A stretch of DNA of 64,000 nucleotides, from positions 71,548,001-71,612,000 of the forward strand of contig OX597817.1 in assembly GCA_951406725.2 (NCBI GenBank), written 5' to 3'. The DNA is from Octopus vulgaris. Lineage: Eukaryota. Below, one piece after another: positions 1 to 14,015 of this stretch. The notes under the pieces are model-generated. The model saw nothing but the letters and a program-made list of their open reading frames with translations, did not search any database and was not told the origin of the DNA. The stretch's first letter is position 1; every line of letters begins with the position of its first letter. Position numbers and translations under genes: made by a program.

Positions 1-344
1 CTTGCTACTTTTCAAATTCTACGTATAAATGACGAGAGATGCAAATATGTATTAATTTTACAATTTAAAAGGAGAGTCACTGATAAAAAGAATTGTAACT
101 GAGTGAAATGGAAGGGGTTGGCAACTATACCACGGCTGTCATTCAGAGAGAAGCATTTTAACTTCTCATTTACCTCTGTCATCAGCATCTCTCCCCTTCC
201 TTTTCTTTCTCTCACTCTGCTTTATTCTTTATCTCACTCTTCTTTTCTCTCACTCACTCACTCACCCAGTCTTTCTTTCTTTCTCTCTCTCACACACACA
301 CGAATACATACACACACACATACATACACATACGCATACATACA

Positions 345-690
345 CACACATACACAGACTCACACATACAATACATGCTAACACTCAATGAGCAGACGAT
401 AACTAAAGAAAACTGTTTATGTACACACACGCATACACACACACACACACACGCATACACACACACACATACACAGACTCACACATACAATACATGCTAA
501 CACTCAATGAGCAGACGGTAACTAAAGAAAACTGTATATGTACACACACGCATACATACACACACACACACACACGCATACATACACACACACACTCACA
601 CGCATGCACACACACACACACATACACAGACTCACACATACAATACATGCTAACACTCAATGAGCAGACGATAACTAAAGAAATGTGTAT
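345..690. repeat. Three tandem copies of a ~70-bp unique core separated by (CA)n-like spacers
   Basis: cacagactcacacatacaatacatgctaacactcaatgagcagacg(a/g)taactaaagaaa occurs at ~353, ~472 and ~625. Confidence 0.9.
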
Positions 691-723
691 GTGTCTGAGT
701 GTATGAGTGTGTGTATATCTATA

Positions 724-780
<57 letters not shown>

Positions 781-1639
781 ATGTATAGAGTTATACACAT
801 ACATTTAAGTTTAATAAGAAAGTCTCCAAGCAGTTACACGACCTGCTAGAAATAACTATCAAATCTTCGTGAATGACACATTGCCATCTTTAAAAACTGA
901 GGGACATATTGAATAAGAAGGAAAATAAAGACAGATTATTAGAAGCTTGAGTATGTTTGATCGACATGATTATATTCGTAGTAGAGTTTTCGAGAAGTGT
1001 TCGTACTGAACAAATACAATATTGCCTCACATTGCTATTTTGATTGGTTATCTAATGGGAAAAGATTCACTTAGACTGTCGTTTTGTGCGTGACTGCACG
1101 TGTTGTCAACTCTTTTAATCTTTTACTCGTTTCAGCCATGCGGCCGTGTTCAAATGAAATATTAGCAGAAGTCTGCGTTACGCACGCCATATAATACCTC
1201 ATAACTTATTGGGGTTTTTTTTCTTTGAATCTTCGGAAAATTTTTGCGAATTTGTATTCTTGTACAGAATTGACACAAATATGCAAAAACAAAAAAGAAA
1301 GAAAGAAAAAAGAAAGAAATTTGGTACGTGATTTAAGGCCTATTTAGCTATTATTTTTAGCACGTCTCATGACCATCTCGTACCTCATGTGTTTTAATAA
1401 GCGAAAAATGACAACGTGGGTCAAACAGCCTGGTAATAGCTTTGCTTGTTACGATGGAAACAGGCACCTATATGTCTGTAGCTTTCGATTGGCTAAAATT
1501 ACTCCAAATTTGCAAAATTTAAAAGCTATTAACAATTTATTTATTTATGGTGAAAATGAATTTCATGTCAATGAATACTATACAAAACTACACCAATACA
1601 ACAAGCATGAAATCAACTGGAGCAAAAATTGAATAAATT

Positions 1640-1944
1640 GAAAAGTGGCAGCCAAAGAGGAAAAGATCCTCCATTTACCCCCAGAATACCCTAGATTTCG
1701 TCTGACACAGAAATACATTCCGTATTTAAAAGGCAACGATTTCCAATAAAACTCAGCTTTTGCTATGTCTTTAAATACATGTCAGGAACAAACTTTATCT
1801 GTTGTTGAGCTAAGAACATTGTTTCTGTCATGAATAACTTTATGCTATATTACAAGACTGGGAAGTCCATGCAATATTTTTATTTATGCTCCTTCTGTAA
1901 AATCACGTAACATGTTTTATAAGGGTGTTCTGGATTTACACTAA
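1640..1944 (+). mobile_element. Degraded Helitron Rep-Hel (PIF1-like helicase) C-terminal fragment
   Basis: Across frameshifts it reads PRIP*ISSDTEIHSVFKRQRFPIKL / AFAMSLNTCQEQTLSVV / FCHE*LY / KSRNMFYKGVL. This matches Helitron helicase motifs (RxQFP, AFAMTINKSQGQT, FSHGQLYVA). Confidence 0.8.
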
Positions 1945-2300
1945 ATAGTAAATAAGAGGAAAAAACAAATAACACAATTAACTGGAGAAAGGTGGCATGG
2001 TCTCGAAAAATATGAAGCCTATAAATAAAATACGAAATCATATAGATCAAGGCAGAACATTCGAGTTATGACAGGTAACCTAGATGAATATGTACATAAC
2101 TGTAATTATAGCTACATCATCCCACACGTGGCATTTGTTAGACATAAGTTACTTAGCGCTACAGTTAAATAAAAAATATATATGCTTTACTTTTACATAT
2201 TGAGTTCTATTTCTCCTATTTGTACCACCAGATCTCTCTTTCTCTCTTCCCCCGCCCCCTCTCTCTGTGTTTACAGCGCACCCACTCACATTTATATTTA

Positions 2301-2777
2301 CAGTAATCCCTCGCCATATCGCGGTTCACCTATCGCGCACTTAGTACATTGCGGATTTTTCTGGCTAATATGTGTAAATTTATATCGCGATCTCCTCAGT
2401 ATATCGCGGGTTTCTGCGGCCGATAAGTATTTATATTTTTTAGACTTTAATTATTTCTGTGGTAAAATAAGCATTTTCACGCCTAAAAATTAATAAATTA
2501 ATAAATAATAATTGAGTACAGTACTGCTCTGTATAACACAATGATTAAAATATAATAAAAGAAAATACGTAGTGTACCGTAGGCGAGTAAACAAAGAATC
2601 GCACTTACTGTATGGAAAACGAAACTCGGGAGGCGAGTGTGTGCTGTTGTTTTGCATTTATAATAAAACAAATAATAATAATAAATATACTGTACAGTAC
2701 TGTTTCTACTTCGCGGATTTTCACTTATCGCGGGGGTCTTTTGGAACGTAACACCCGCAATAGTCGAGGGATTACTG
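2301..2777. mobile_element. pogo/Tigger-like MITE
   Basis: TIRs cagtaatccctcg ... cgagggattactg, TA on the left flank, subterminal tatcgcgg repeats. Confidence 0.85.
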
Positions 2778-3164
2778 TTCGTTGACCAGAGTAAAAATGT
2801 GGTGAAATGCATGCTTTTGAAATTGTGCATGAGCTTGCAGACCATATTTTAAATCTAAAAGGAACCAAACTATACCAGCAAGATTCTTAATACTCTGAAA
2901 CCACACGGTCTATCACATCACAGACTCGTACTGAAGAAAATATCCTCAATTATTCTTTGCAGAAAATTAGTTACTCCAAGGTGATGCCATGGGATAAGTG
3001 TAGAATATCTGATGATTTAATATTGTCCTGCGAAGTTTCAGATAAACATGCCATACGACTTTTATGTTTTATGTATATATTTCTTTTTCAAAGATTTCTT
3101 CGAATTTCTGTTTTGAACTCCAGAGATAACAATTCTGGAACTAAAATGTTTCACAAAATTACAA

Positions 3165-3319
3165 TGTATTTACGTTCTGAGTCCAAATTCCGCTGAGATC
3201 GACTTTGCCTTTCATCGTTTCGGGTTCGATAAATTAAGTACCAGTAATGCAATGGAGTCGATGCAATCGACTAGTCTCCTCCCCCAAATTTCGGGCCTTG
3301 TGCCTATAGTAGAAAGGAT
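3165..3319 (+). mobile_element. SINE family A (tRNA-derived head, Meta/MESC-like central domain), 5'-truncated, (ATT)n tail
   Basis: ttctgagtccaaattccgc...gactttgcctttcatc...gataaattaagtaccag, shared with many copies in the window. Confidence 0.85.
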
Positions 3320-3446
<127 letters not shown>

Positions 3447-4130
3447 GCATTTGCACAGCTTCTAACGCTGGAAATGTACTACGGTGTCAGCTGTTCAATA
3501 CCATTGAACTAAGGTAACACCTCTTTATTTTTCGAGCACCTCCCTGAGTATTCGAGCGGTTCCAAGCAGTGTTGTTTTCTGCAAGTGCTCCACTCGTATT
3601 GCAGCCCCTATTTGTTCCACGTACTTCTCGAGATTTTTGCTCACTGTTCCCAGAGCTCCGACAATTATTGGTACTACTGCTACCTTTTTCATCAACCACA
3701 ACTGCTTAACTTCCCAAGCTAACCTGTCATATCTCTCGTCTTTTCTTTCTTCCTTATCGCATACCTTCTTGTCAGCTGGGCATGCTATATCTATGATCCA
3801 GCTAGCTTTCTTTCTTAATTAAGACTATGTCTGGCTTCCTATTCTCTATCTCATGGTCGCACTGAATCATAAAATCCCACAGGATCTTTGCATTATCATT
3901 TTCGATGATGCCTTCGGGTTTGTGGTCGTAGCAATTTTTTTTTGAGAGCCCAAACCCCATCTTAATATCATTGGAGAAAATCCTCACAAACTGGACTAGG
4001 CTGTCTAGTTCTGCCTCATTTTTTGTGAATAGCTTCAGGTGGTCCATGAATAGCGGCTTCAGGACAAAATTCTTTACTACAGTTCGCTTGCATTTAGCAT
4101 CTCTCACTATACTCACTTGCCCTCCTTTTC
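3447..4130 (-). mobile_element. Internally deleted R4/Dong-like non-LTR retrotransposon (RT remnant plus restriction-like endonuclease) ending in (TAA)n
   Basis: The RT segment LFMDHLKLFTKNEAELDSLVQFVRIFSNDIKMGFGL is fused to YDHKPEGIIENDNAKILWDFMIQCDHEIENRKPDIV...IIDIACP...VPIIVGALG...LLGTARILREVLEK*. A short 3'UTR runs directly into (AAT)n. Confidence 0.85.
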
Positions 4131-4201
4131 TTGTTTTATACTATCTATACCACTATGACCGACAAGATACACATTGCTTTTTATTATATATAAGATTATC
4201 A

Positions 4202-4585
4202 AGGTGCTGAGCTGACAAAATCGTTTGCTCCCCGGGCAAAATGCCTAGCGGTATTTCGTTCCTCAATATGTTCTGAGTTCAAGTTCCACCGAGGTCGACT
4301 TTGCTTTTCATCCTTTCGGGGTCGATGAATTGAGGACCAGTGAAACACTGGGTTCGATGTAATTGACAATTTTCTCCCTCAAAACGGCTGTCCTTGTAGC
4401 AAAATTTGAAACCATTATTATTATTATTATTATTATTATTATGAGAGCTGGAAGAATCTTTAGCACGCCGGGCGAAATGCTTAACGGTATTTCGTCCGTC
4501 TTTAGGTTCTGAGTTCAAATTCCGCTGAGGTCTGATCGACTTACCTCCTCGACAAATTTCAGGCCTTGTGCCTATAGTAGAAAGG

Positions 4586-4586
<1 letters not shown>
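4202..4586 (+). mobile_element. Two SINE family A copies separated by (ATT)n
   Basis: Two gagctg...aaatgc(c/t)ta...ttctgagttcaa heads, each followed by (ATT)n. Confidence 0.85.
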
Positions 4587-4639
<53 letters not shown>

Positions 4640-5194
4640 GAGTGAGAGGGCAGTGCATGCCATCAAAGTGACACTGGGGTAAAATATACAAAGTCCAGTA
4701 TACCCATATGACTACCAGTCTGATAAGGGTACAGCAGGCACATGCATCACAACCATATGTGCGCGACATAGTGATCTCAAATCAAGATAAATAGCACATA
4801 ACCTTGCAGGTGGGGGCCCAGTTAGAATCTTCTTCTGGTCGAGTAGCCCATCCTGTTCAAAAGGTCCCCGAATAAGGATTGTTTAAGGATGTTGAACGAA
4901 CCACGCATGTTTCCAAAGGTGAATTATCCAAACCTCTAAGATTTCCCTTCAACACACGGCTACGATGCTCCCCCACTACTTCTGCTCGTGATCAGAGATG
5001 CACATATCGTCAGCCACTAAGAGACATAGTCAACTGGTTAAGGTCAAACAACTGACAAGGAAGCCTGTGGCATTGAGCAGAATATTTGCTGTAGCCCATC
5101 TTTTAAATCAAGACAAAACAATGTACATGATAACACTTCCAATCAGTTAAGATGAGAAGCCATGAGAGCCACTGCCTGGTACTGCATCAGGGCA
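4640..5194. mobile_element. Non-coding ~555-bp interspersed element embedded in (ATT)n on both sides
   Basis: Flanked by (ATT)n at 4587-4639 and 5195-5345. An internally deleted reverse-complement copy at 58391-58524 also abuts (AAT)n. Confidence 0.7.
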
Positions 5195-5242
5195 TATTAT
5201 AATTATAATAATAATAATAATTATTATTATTGTTATTATTGC

Positions 5243-5345
<103 letters not shown>

Positions 5346-6165
5346 GTTGTTAGTTTTGAAACTTAATGTATTGTATTAATTATATAAAATCATATTGTTA
5401 ACATCTTTCTTTTTATGATTTTCGTACTCGTTTTTCCACAGCCAAACTTTAATTTGAATGTACCTCATATATTTTGATCTTATTCATATTTTTACTCCAT
5501 TTAATTACATTGACCAGCAAATATTTCTTTAATGTGGATTATAATTAATAGAATTGTTCCAGAACTGCCAAAAACAAAATAAAAGGCTATTTATTTGCTT
5601 TTAAAAGTTATTGATTTCGGCATTAAGACTCTATGATCTGCTATACATTTTCAATAAGGCTTAGCTGAGGAAACTGTCCGGGCCAGACGAGGCCAGGCGA
5701 AAACTAAATCTTACTTTGATGATCCAAAAATTTGGCAGAATAATCAACAAAGGCATTATGATGTTGGTGCATTGCCAAACAACGAATGATAAATTATATC
5801 ACAACGGCGAAGAATAAATATATTTTGTTGAAATTTTCGTTTCAGTAAATATTGTAACCTAAGCGTCATTAAGTTTGGCATGCTACAACATTTGGCACTC
5901 CCTTCCTCTCATTACCCATTGTTTCATTATCTATTGGTTTCGGGGGCAGACGATCATACGGCCTCGCTACATATTTCACTCAGCTACAAATTTTATCGCC
6001 ACTTATCTGTTGAACTCCTCAAGTTATCTCGGACTACGGTACGTGAAAGGACAAAACACACACGAACGTGAATACAGACACTTCTTATACATACATGTCT
6101 ATGAGTGACTGAGAGTGAGCGCGCGCGTGCCTTTCGTTTTTAAATTGCGTCTAGCCGCTTTGATA

Positions 6166-6687
<522 letters not shown>

Positions 6688-6694
6688 ACACATA

Positions 6695-7528
6695 CAGAGG
6701 TTGGACAAAATAATGGAAACATCTACCATCATAGCATCATAATTTTGAAATATCTATAAAACCCTCAAAAGCTTGTTTATTTTTGTTTTTTGATTTATTA
6801 TTAGTGTTGCTTAATATGTTTTGCTAATCTTGCTGTTTCTTTATAGATATCATCATAAAAAGGTTATTAAAGTTCATTAAAATTACTGATCTATCGGACT
6901 TTCAAAGAGGTCAAATTGTTGGTGCTCGTATGGCAGGTGCTAGCGTAACGAAAACAGCCGAAATATTTGGTGTATCAAGAAGTACTATCTCGAAAGTAAT
7001 GACAGCCTTTGAGAAAGAGGGAAAAAACCTCCTCGTCGAAACAAAACACCGGAAGAAAACCAAAACTTTCAGATAAGGACCGTCGAATTCTAACGCGAAT
7101 TGTTAGAAAGGATCACAAAAGAATAGTTCCCTAAATTACTGCAGAGCTTAGTGACCACCTTGAGAATCCAGTTTCCACAAAAAGTCTTCGCCGGCAGCTG
7201 CACAAAGCCGGATTTCACGTGAGGGCTGCAATCAGAAAACCACTACTTTAAAAAACAAACGTTTCAAAGAGTTTAGAGTGGAGTAAAAACCTACAGAATT
7301 GCTCCCTAGAGTAGTTGGAAAATGTTGTTTTTTCGGACAAGTCATCCTTTACCTTATTTCCGACCACCGGCTGAGTATAAGCGTGGAGACAGCCAAAAGA
7401 AGCATTTGACCTAGATTATCTTCTTCCAACTGTTAAACATGGAGAAGGATCTCTGATGATCTGGTGTGGGGTATATCTTGGAAATCCGCCGGCCCAATGA
7501 TTTCCCTTAATGGCAGAATTAATAGTAG
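6695..7528 (+). mobile_element. Tc1-like DNA transposon, left TIR plus degraded transposase, 3'-truncated
   Basis: TA|cagaggttggacaaaataatggaaac terminus. Translation TDLSDFQRGQIVGARMAGASVTKTAEIFGVSRSTISKV...GRKPKLS...VVFSDKSSF...TVKHGEGSLMIW, with stops and frameshifts. Confidence 0.9.
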
Positions 7529-7760
7529 AGCTACCCGAATACATACTACTGAAGATCACATCCGCACTCTCAACATGCAAAAGTGATGCCAAACAGTGTC
7601 GGCGCTCGTGCCATTATCTCTGGCCGTGGTCCTTATGTTCCTGTATTGTGTATTTCTTTCTAGAGCATACAGGACCTTTTCTCGTCGTTTGGAAAAGAGT
7701 GGAATGTTAAGAAGGAATTGTGATTTGTGAGGCACCTCATCAAATCCTTTTTTTTTTTTT

Positions 7761-8266
<506 letters not shown>

Positions 8267-8289
8267 TAACTCAAACCAAGTCGCTCTTT

Positions 8290-9060
8290 CCCCAGGATAT
8301 TTGCTGAAGATAGATAGTTATTGGAAATTCGAGTGAAAGTGGCTGGGTGTTCTCCCATATTTCAGCTCACTCTCTCTGTACAGCAAGACCTCTAAGCTCC
8401 GCCTACCAGTTTCATCGGTGGCCGAGGAATTCAAAGTCACGAAAGCAAGAGCAAGAATCTCATTGCTTCTGTCTGAGGATGAGCAAGTTAGACACACCAA
8501 CAAGACCATAAAGTGTGACAGAAAAAGAAAACCCCAGGAAGCTGTAAAGGAAGCAAAGATATACCGGAAGCACCAGGGGATTGTTTGAGCAGTTTGTCAA
8601 GAACGGCAAGGACTTGGCAACTACAGCACCAAGAGGTGGAAAAACACCAATACCGGGAGCAAGTGAGAGCTCATAGTGCAAAAGATCCACGATTCCACTG
8701 AGGAGGATCGGTGAGTGAAGGCAGTAGGGCTTGTCGTCCAGGGTCAATGAATAGTGTGGGGCAAGGCACATGATCACCCACTCTCCTCGAAGTAACTCTG
8801 GACCATTGACTAAGGAAGTTTGTCCTTTCTCCTTCGTGCTGTCACTGCACTAACTTCTTGCCAACCCCAAACAAACCTAAAATATGGGATAAAGAAAGGA
8901 TCCATCTTGCAAGCACAGCGGTGCAAGTCTCTTCGCAACCTGAATCACATTTTGAGAGAACGCCGATACTAATAAAGACATGACAAAGTTCTTGCAGAAA
9001 TTGTCAAGTGGACTGATCATCAAAGGATGAAGGCTCTCCTTCCTCACCAAAAGGTATCAA
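8290..9060 (+). mobile_element. Degraded RLE-type non-LTR retrotransposon, HERO-like, post-RT/zinc-knuckle region
   Basis: KWLGVLPYFSSLSLYSKTSKLRLPVSSVAEEFKVTKAR...EAVKEA...RQGLG...SFLLRAV...TLNHIL...RHDKVLAEI, with many stops. Confidence 0.7.
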
Positions 9061-9493
9061 ATTCCTCTAGAGGAAGGCGACAAAGATCCCAAGGTGAAAA
9101 CAATGGTAGGGGAACCGTTTTATATTTTGCGTTCATCCTTCAGGAAATAGGCAAAACATTTGAAACTTAAGATGGCTGTGGTTGACATGCGGAACCCTAC
9201 CGTAGGTGAAGATTAGCTCAGTTCTCGCTGCCCCACTCAGGAGAAGCGTACAGGTCAAAGGGCGAAACGTTTGTGAACCTGAGATACCTGCTGACGATAC
9301 GGAAGGGTTTCCAATATTGCAATGGATTTAGAACTTGCAAAACCTCTGAGTAGCTCCTGCAGTTTCTGCGTGGAGCAAAGCATCTCTGATGTTTATATCA
9401 TCTATTGTTGTTGGCAGTGCAACTGATAGAGTTTTTCCTCATCAAAAATTAATGCACCCTGTTTAGTGATTAGGTTGTTAGTAATGTAATGAA

Positions 9494-9910
9494 TGGCGGC
9501 GAGCTGGCAGAAACGTTAGCACGCCGACCGAAATGCTTAGCGGTATTTCATCTGTCTTTACGTTCTGAGTTCAAATTCCGCCGGGGTCGACTTTGCCTTT
9601 CATCCTTTCGGGGTCGATAAATTAAGTACCAGTTACGTACTGGGGTCGATGTAATCGACTTAATCCGTTTGTCTGTCCTTGTTTGTCCTCTCTGTGTTTA
9701 GCCCCTTGTGGATAGTAAATAAATAGGTATTTCGTCTGCCGTTAATTTCCGAGTTCAAATTCCGCCGAGGTTCACTTTGCCTTTCATACTTTCGAAGTCG
9801 ATAAATTAAGTACCAGTTACCCACTGGGGTCGATGTAATCGACTTAATCCCGTTGTCTGTCCTTGTTTGTCCCCTCTATGTTTAGCCCCTTTTGGGCAAT
9901 AAAGAAATAA
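9494..9910 (+). mobile_element. SINE family A, full head plus tandem second unit
   Basis: ggcggcgagctggcagaaacgttagcacgcc head; the body repeats from ggtatttcgtctg. Confidence 0.92.
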
Positions 9911-10057
9911 GTAATGTTATGAACGGTACATTTCCATATTTTAACATTATTCGCGGTTGTATTTGTTTGTTTTTAAGGTTATTGTCACTACTGCTGAGGC
10001 ATGTGCCTTTTGATCTTATATCTATCTTTTGTATCTTTTATCTTTTAATTATTTCAG

Positions 10058-10446
10058 CTATTACACGCTGGCCATGCTGGGGCACCGCCTTGAAGAAATT
10101 CTAGACGAATGTATCGCCCGCAGTACTTTTTCTTAAAGCCTGGTACTTACGTCTTTAACGCACCGCTAAGTTACGCGGACATCAACACACCAACACCTGT
10201 TGTCAGGAGGTTGTGGGAGACAACACAGACACAAAAACACACACATTTAGATACACACACATACACACACATCACCCCCCCCCCCCACACACAGTGGGTA
10301 TCTTTCAGTTTCCATCTACCAAATCCACTGACAAGGCTTTGAATGGACCGAAGCTATAGTAGATAACATTTACACGAATTGGATCTGAACCTGGAACCAT
10401 GTGGTTGTAAAGCAAGTTTATTACCACACAGCAACGCCTGTGCCTA
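10058..10446 (-). mobile_element. SINE family B, diverged
   Basis: Reverse complement of the family B tail (ggccatgctggggcaccgcc) and head (ggaaccatgtggttg...accacacagc). Confidence 0.85.
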
Positions 10447-10626
10447 TATCTGAAGACATTTTGAAAAAGACAAATGGCTTTTTGTCAAAAAATATAAGCT
10501 GTTGAAATTGCTTGAAGCCAAGTCTTTCATTTACTGTAGGTCATGGGGGTAGGAAATCAAATAGGTCGAAATCTTTTTGTTAATAAAACTGAAATAAATA
10601 AATAAATAAAACTCAACCGCCTCCGG

Positions 10627-10909
10627 TTATTAATTGAACATGGTTGACGTAACATAAACACTTTCCTTTACTACATACATATTTCTTCACACACATTAAG
10701 AGAAAGTGAGTGAGAGAGCGAGAGAGAGAGAGAGAGAGAGAGAGTCAGAAACAGAGACATAGAGACTGAGTGAGTGATTGAGAGAAAGAGAGAGAAAGAG
10801 GGCGAGTTAGAGAGAGAAGGAGAAAGAGAGACAGAGGAAAGGACAGAGAGATAGAATAAGAGGGAAAGAAAGAAGCATTAAAATGTGAGAAGCGTTAAAA
10901 CGTCTTTTG
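10627..10909 (+). repeat. ~280-bp direct repeat, copy 1 (copy 2 at 13665-13942)
   Basis: ttattaattgaacatggttgacgtaacataaacactttcctttactacatacatatttc...gaagcattaaaatgtgagaagcgttaaaacgtcttttg is near-identical in both copies. Confidence 0.9.
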
Positions 10910-11876
10910 ATAACTATACAGATAACTATTTCGCCCGACATACTAACGTTTCTGCCAGCTCGCCTCCTTATCATTATCGTCACAGTCATAGTCGTGATCC
11001 GTGGTTGTCGCCGTCGTCATGGTGGTCATCGTCGTCGTCATCATCATCATCATCATCATCGTTGTGTCATCATTTTTGTCACATGCAATTCTGTTGCATC
11101 TTCTCCCTGCAGCTTTGAATACTGCGTGCGTCTTTCTACTTCGTTTATCTGTGGTTTTTGATGGATGGATATGTATATATATAAATATATATTCAATCAC
11201 TTTGTTCACAGAAGTGGTGATTAGATAGGCTACGTATGGACGGTGTCTGCATAGGTGGAGAACGTCGTTGGTTACTATTGTATATAGTGTTAGAGGCAAG
11301 AACAGAGAGAAGGTCGTGTGTGTGTGTGTAGACTGGAAGGTGAAGTGGACATTAAGGAACTACGGAGATGAGCGGAGTTGTTACAAAGTAATTTTGGCAA
11401 TGGATTGGCGTGACAAGAATCTTTTGATTTGACATCGAAAAGTGCGATAACAGGAGAGCGTTGAGAACATCAAGTGACAAAGATCTTAATCAACAGGATG
11501 AAGGAGCAAATTTCTACAAATGCTTAGAGGGTAACGAACACACACACACACACACACGCACACACACACTCGCACACGCACATACATACCAAGTACATAC
11601 GGATACTCTCTCTCTCATTCACACTTATGCTGTTTTCATTAAAATTAGAAACAGGACATGCATACACACGCGCGCCTACACACACTTACACACACATACT
11701 CACACATACACACATACGCATATGCATATACACATACACTCTGATTCTCTCATCTCACATATAGATGTACTTTTCGTAAAAACTAGAAAGAGTTAATGCA
11801 AACAGTGACATACACACGCACACAAACACACTTAGACACACACACACATACTTACGCACACAAATACTTACACACA

Positions 11877-11907
<31 letters not shown>

Positions 11908-12252
11908 GCTCTCTCTATCTCTATCTCTGTCTGTCTCTAAGTCTCTCACACACGGACACACACACAAACACGCACACACATAGCTCTTTCTGTGTCTCTG
12001 TTTGTCTCTTTGTCTCTCTCTGTCACATACACACACACACACGCTCTCTCTATCTATCTCTGTCTGTCTGTCTCTCAGTCTCTCTCTCTATCTCTGTCTG
12101 TCTCTTAGTTTCTCTCTCTCTCACACACACTCACACACAAACACATACACAAACACACGCACAAACACACACGCTCTCTGTCTCTGTCTCTCTCTCACAC
12201 ACACTCACCCCCACCACCAACTCCGCCCACACCCACTCTGTGTCTCTGTCTG

Positions 12253-12299
<47 letters not shown>

Positions 12300-12779
12300 T
12301 ACACACACAATCACAGCATTTAAATGATATATAAAATTTTTGCATTTTGTATTTTGTTACTCTATATTTTAGCATTATTTTATTATAAGTATATTCTCTC
12401 TCTCTCTCTCTCTCTCCCCTCTCTCTATCTATCTATCTATCTATCTGGCACATACATACATACAAATATATATACACACATTACAGTATTTTATATATTT
12501 TTCAAAAATGCTATAATCAAAAGATGTAGCATTAGTATGAGGATATGCGCTGTTACACCATGTTGCTGCATCCACCAATTTGTTCGCGAATCCCTACTCT
12601 TGGTGAGTGACGCCTTTGTACCTCTCAGCCAACAACTCTCCATCCTATAGGTCTCTTTGGGTAGTCGTTGCTGGTGAGGGCTTTACGGGGTGGGAGTGCA
12701 AATCCTACCTCAGCGTGTTTTAGTCGTTTTTTTTTTTACGTCACGCAGAGAAAATGTTGGGTTTATTCTTTTATATGCC

Positions 12780-12908
12780 AGTCCCCACACAGCTCTAGAG
12801 CAACATGAAATGAAGTGTTTTGCAGAAGAACACAACACGCTGCCCTGTCTGGGAATCGAATCGACGATCTAGTGTCCGTGTGGGCAACATGTGAACCTTT
12901 AGGCCACC
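12780..12908 (-). mobile_element. SINE family C head, diverged
   Basis: Reverse complement resembles 20992 and 32369 (tcgattcc...gtgttgtgttct...aaacacttcatttca). Confidence 0.6.
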
Positions 12909-13407
12909 TTTAATCAAAAGGTGGAACGCTATTCAATAACTTTAAAAAATGACAATATAAGAGTAATCCTGATCGGTTGTCTGAGAATGCTTAGTTTAAG
13001 TGACCAGGGTGTTCGGGTGGATGGCAGAATGAACAGCAGAGTAGAAAAGAACAACTATCTTAGAATCCCTGAGCCGTGGTAATCATCAGGGGACTTGTGT
13101 GCGTGCGGGGGGTGGTGGTGGTTCTACTGAATGTATTAGTAAGGTAGATGAAAACTATTTAATTTGGTATTACTGATTGTTAACAAAATCGGAAGCGTCC
13201 AACAAAATACTTTCTTGTACTTAGTTTATATCCCTTTACGTTCTGAGTTCAATCCTAGTGAGGTTACTTTGCCTGTGATTCTATCGGAGTCGACCTAATA
13301 AGAATATCAGGGTCGATATAATCGACTGTTCTATCTCCACAAATTTCCAGTCTTGCGCCCACGCATTATATAAATTGTTATATGTTTTGATTACCAGTGG
13401 CATTGAA

Positions 13408-13736
13408 GGGGACGATTGGACGCAGCTGTTGCGACGCCGATGATTTGGCACGATTTATTTAGACAATCAATCACTTTTGATGGCAGTACTTTTTGGCACT
13501 GGACACACACACACACACACACGCACACACACATACACAGCGCGCACAGGAACATAAGAATGCAAGTAGAGTTGAAGAGGAGAGACAGATAGAGAGAAGG
13601 AGAGATAAAGTGGGAGAGGGAAGGTAAGATAGGGAGAGAGAGAGAGAGAGAGATACATTAACATTTATTAATTGAACATGGTTGACGTAACATAAACACT
13701 TTCCTTTACTACATACATATTTCAGAGAGAGAGAGA

Positions 13737-13767
<31 letters not shown>

Positions 13768-14015
13768 TGAGTGAGAGAGCGAGAGAGAGAGTCTGAAATA
13801 GAGACATAGAGACTGAGTGAGTGATTGAGAGAGAGAGAGGGAGAAAGAGGGAGAGTTAGAGAGAGAAGGAGAAAGAGAGACAGAGGAAAGGACAGGGAGA
13901 GAAAGAAGCATTAAAATGTGAGAAGCGTTAAAACGTCTTTTGCCAAATAGGTAAGCGTCAATTCACCAACGCCAAATTGGCGGCCGGCACCAAGCTGGCT
14001 GTGGCAAAACGTCTC
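13408..14015. mobile_element. Putative non-autonomous TIR DNA transposon containing direct-repeat copy 2
   Basis: Imperfect inverted GC-rich ends: gggacgattggacgcagc...gccg...atttggc versus the reverse-complemented right end gagacgttttgccacagc...gccg...atttggc. Confidence 0.4.

Noticed and set aside
345-690. Repeat-spacer pattern resembling a CRISPR array
   Set aside because: The spacers are (CA)n microsatellite, the repeat is too long, the context is eukaryotic and there are no cas genes.
5660-5712. CTGAGGA...GAAA hammerhead-like pair
   Set aside because: No stem II pairing and no compatible stem III or cleavage triplet.
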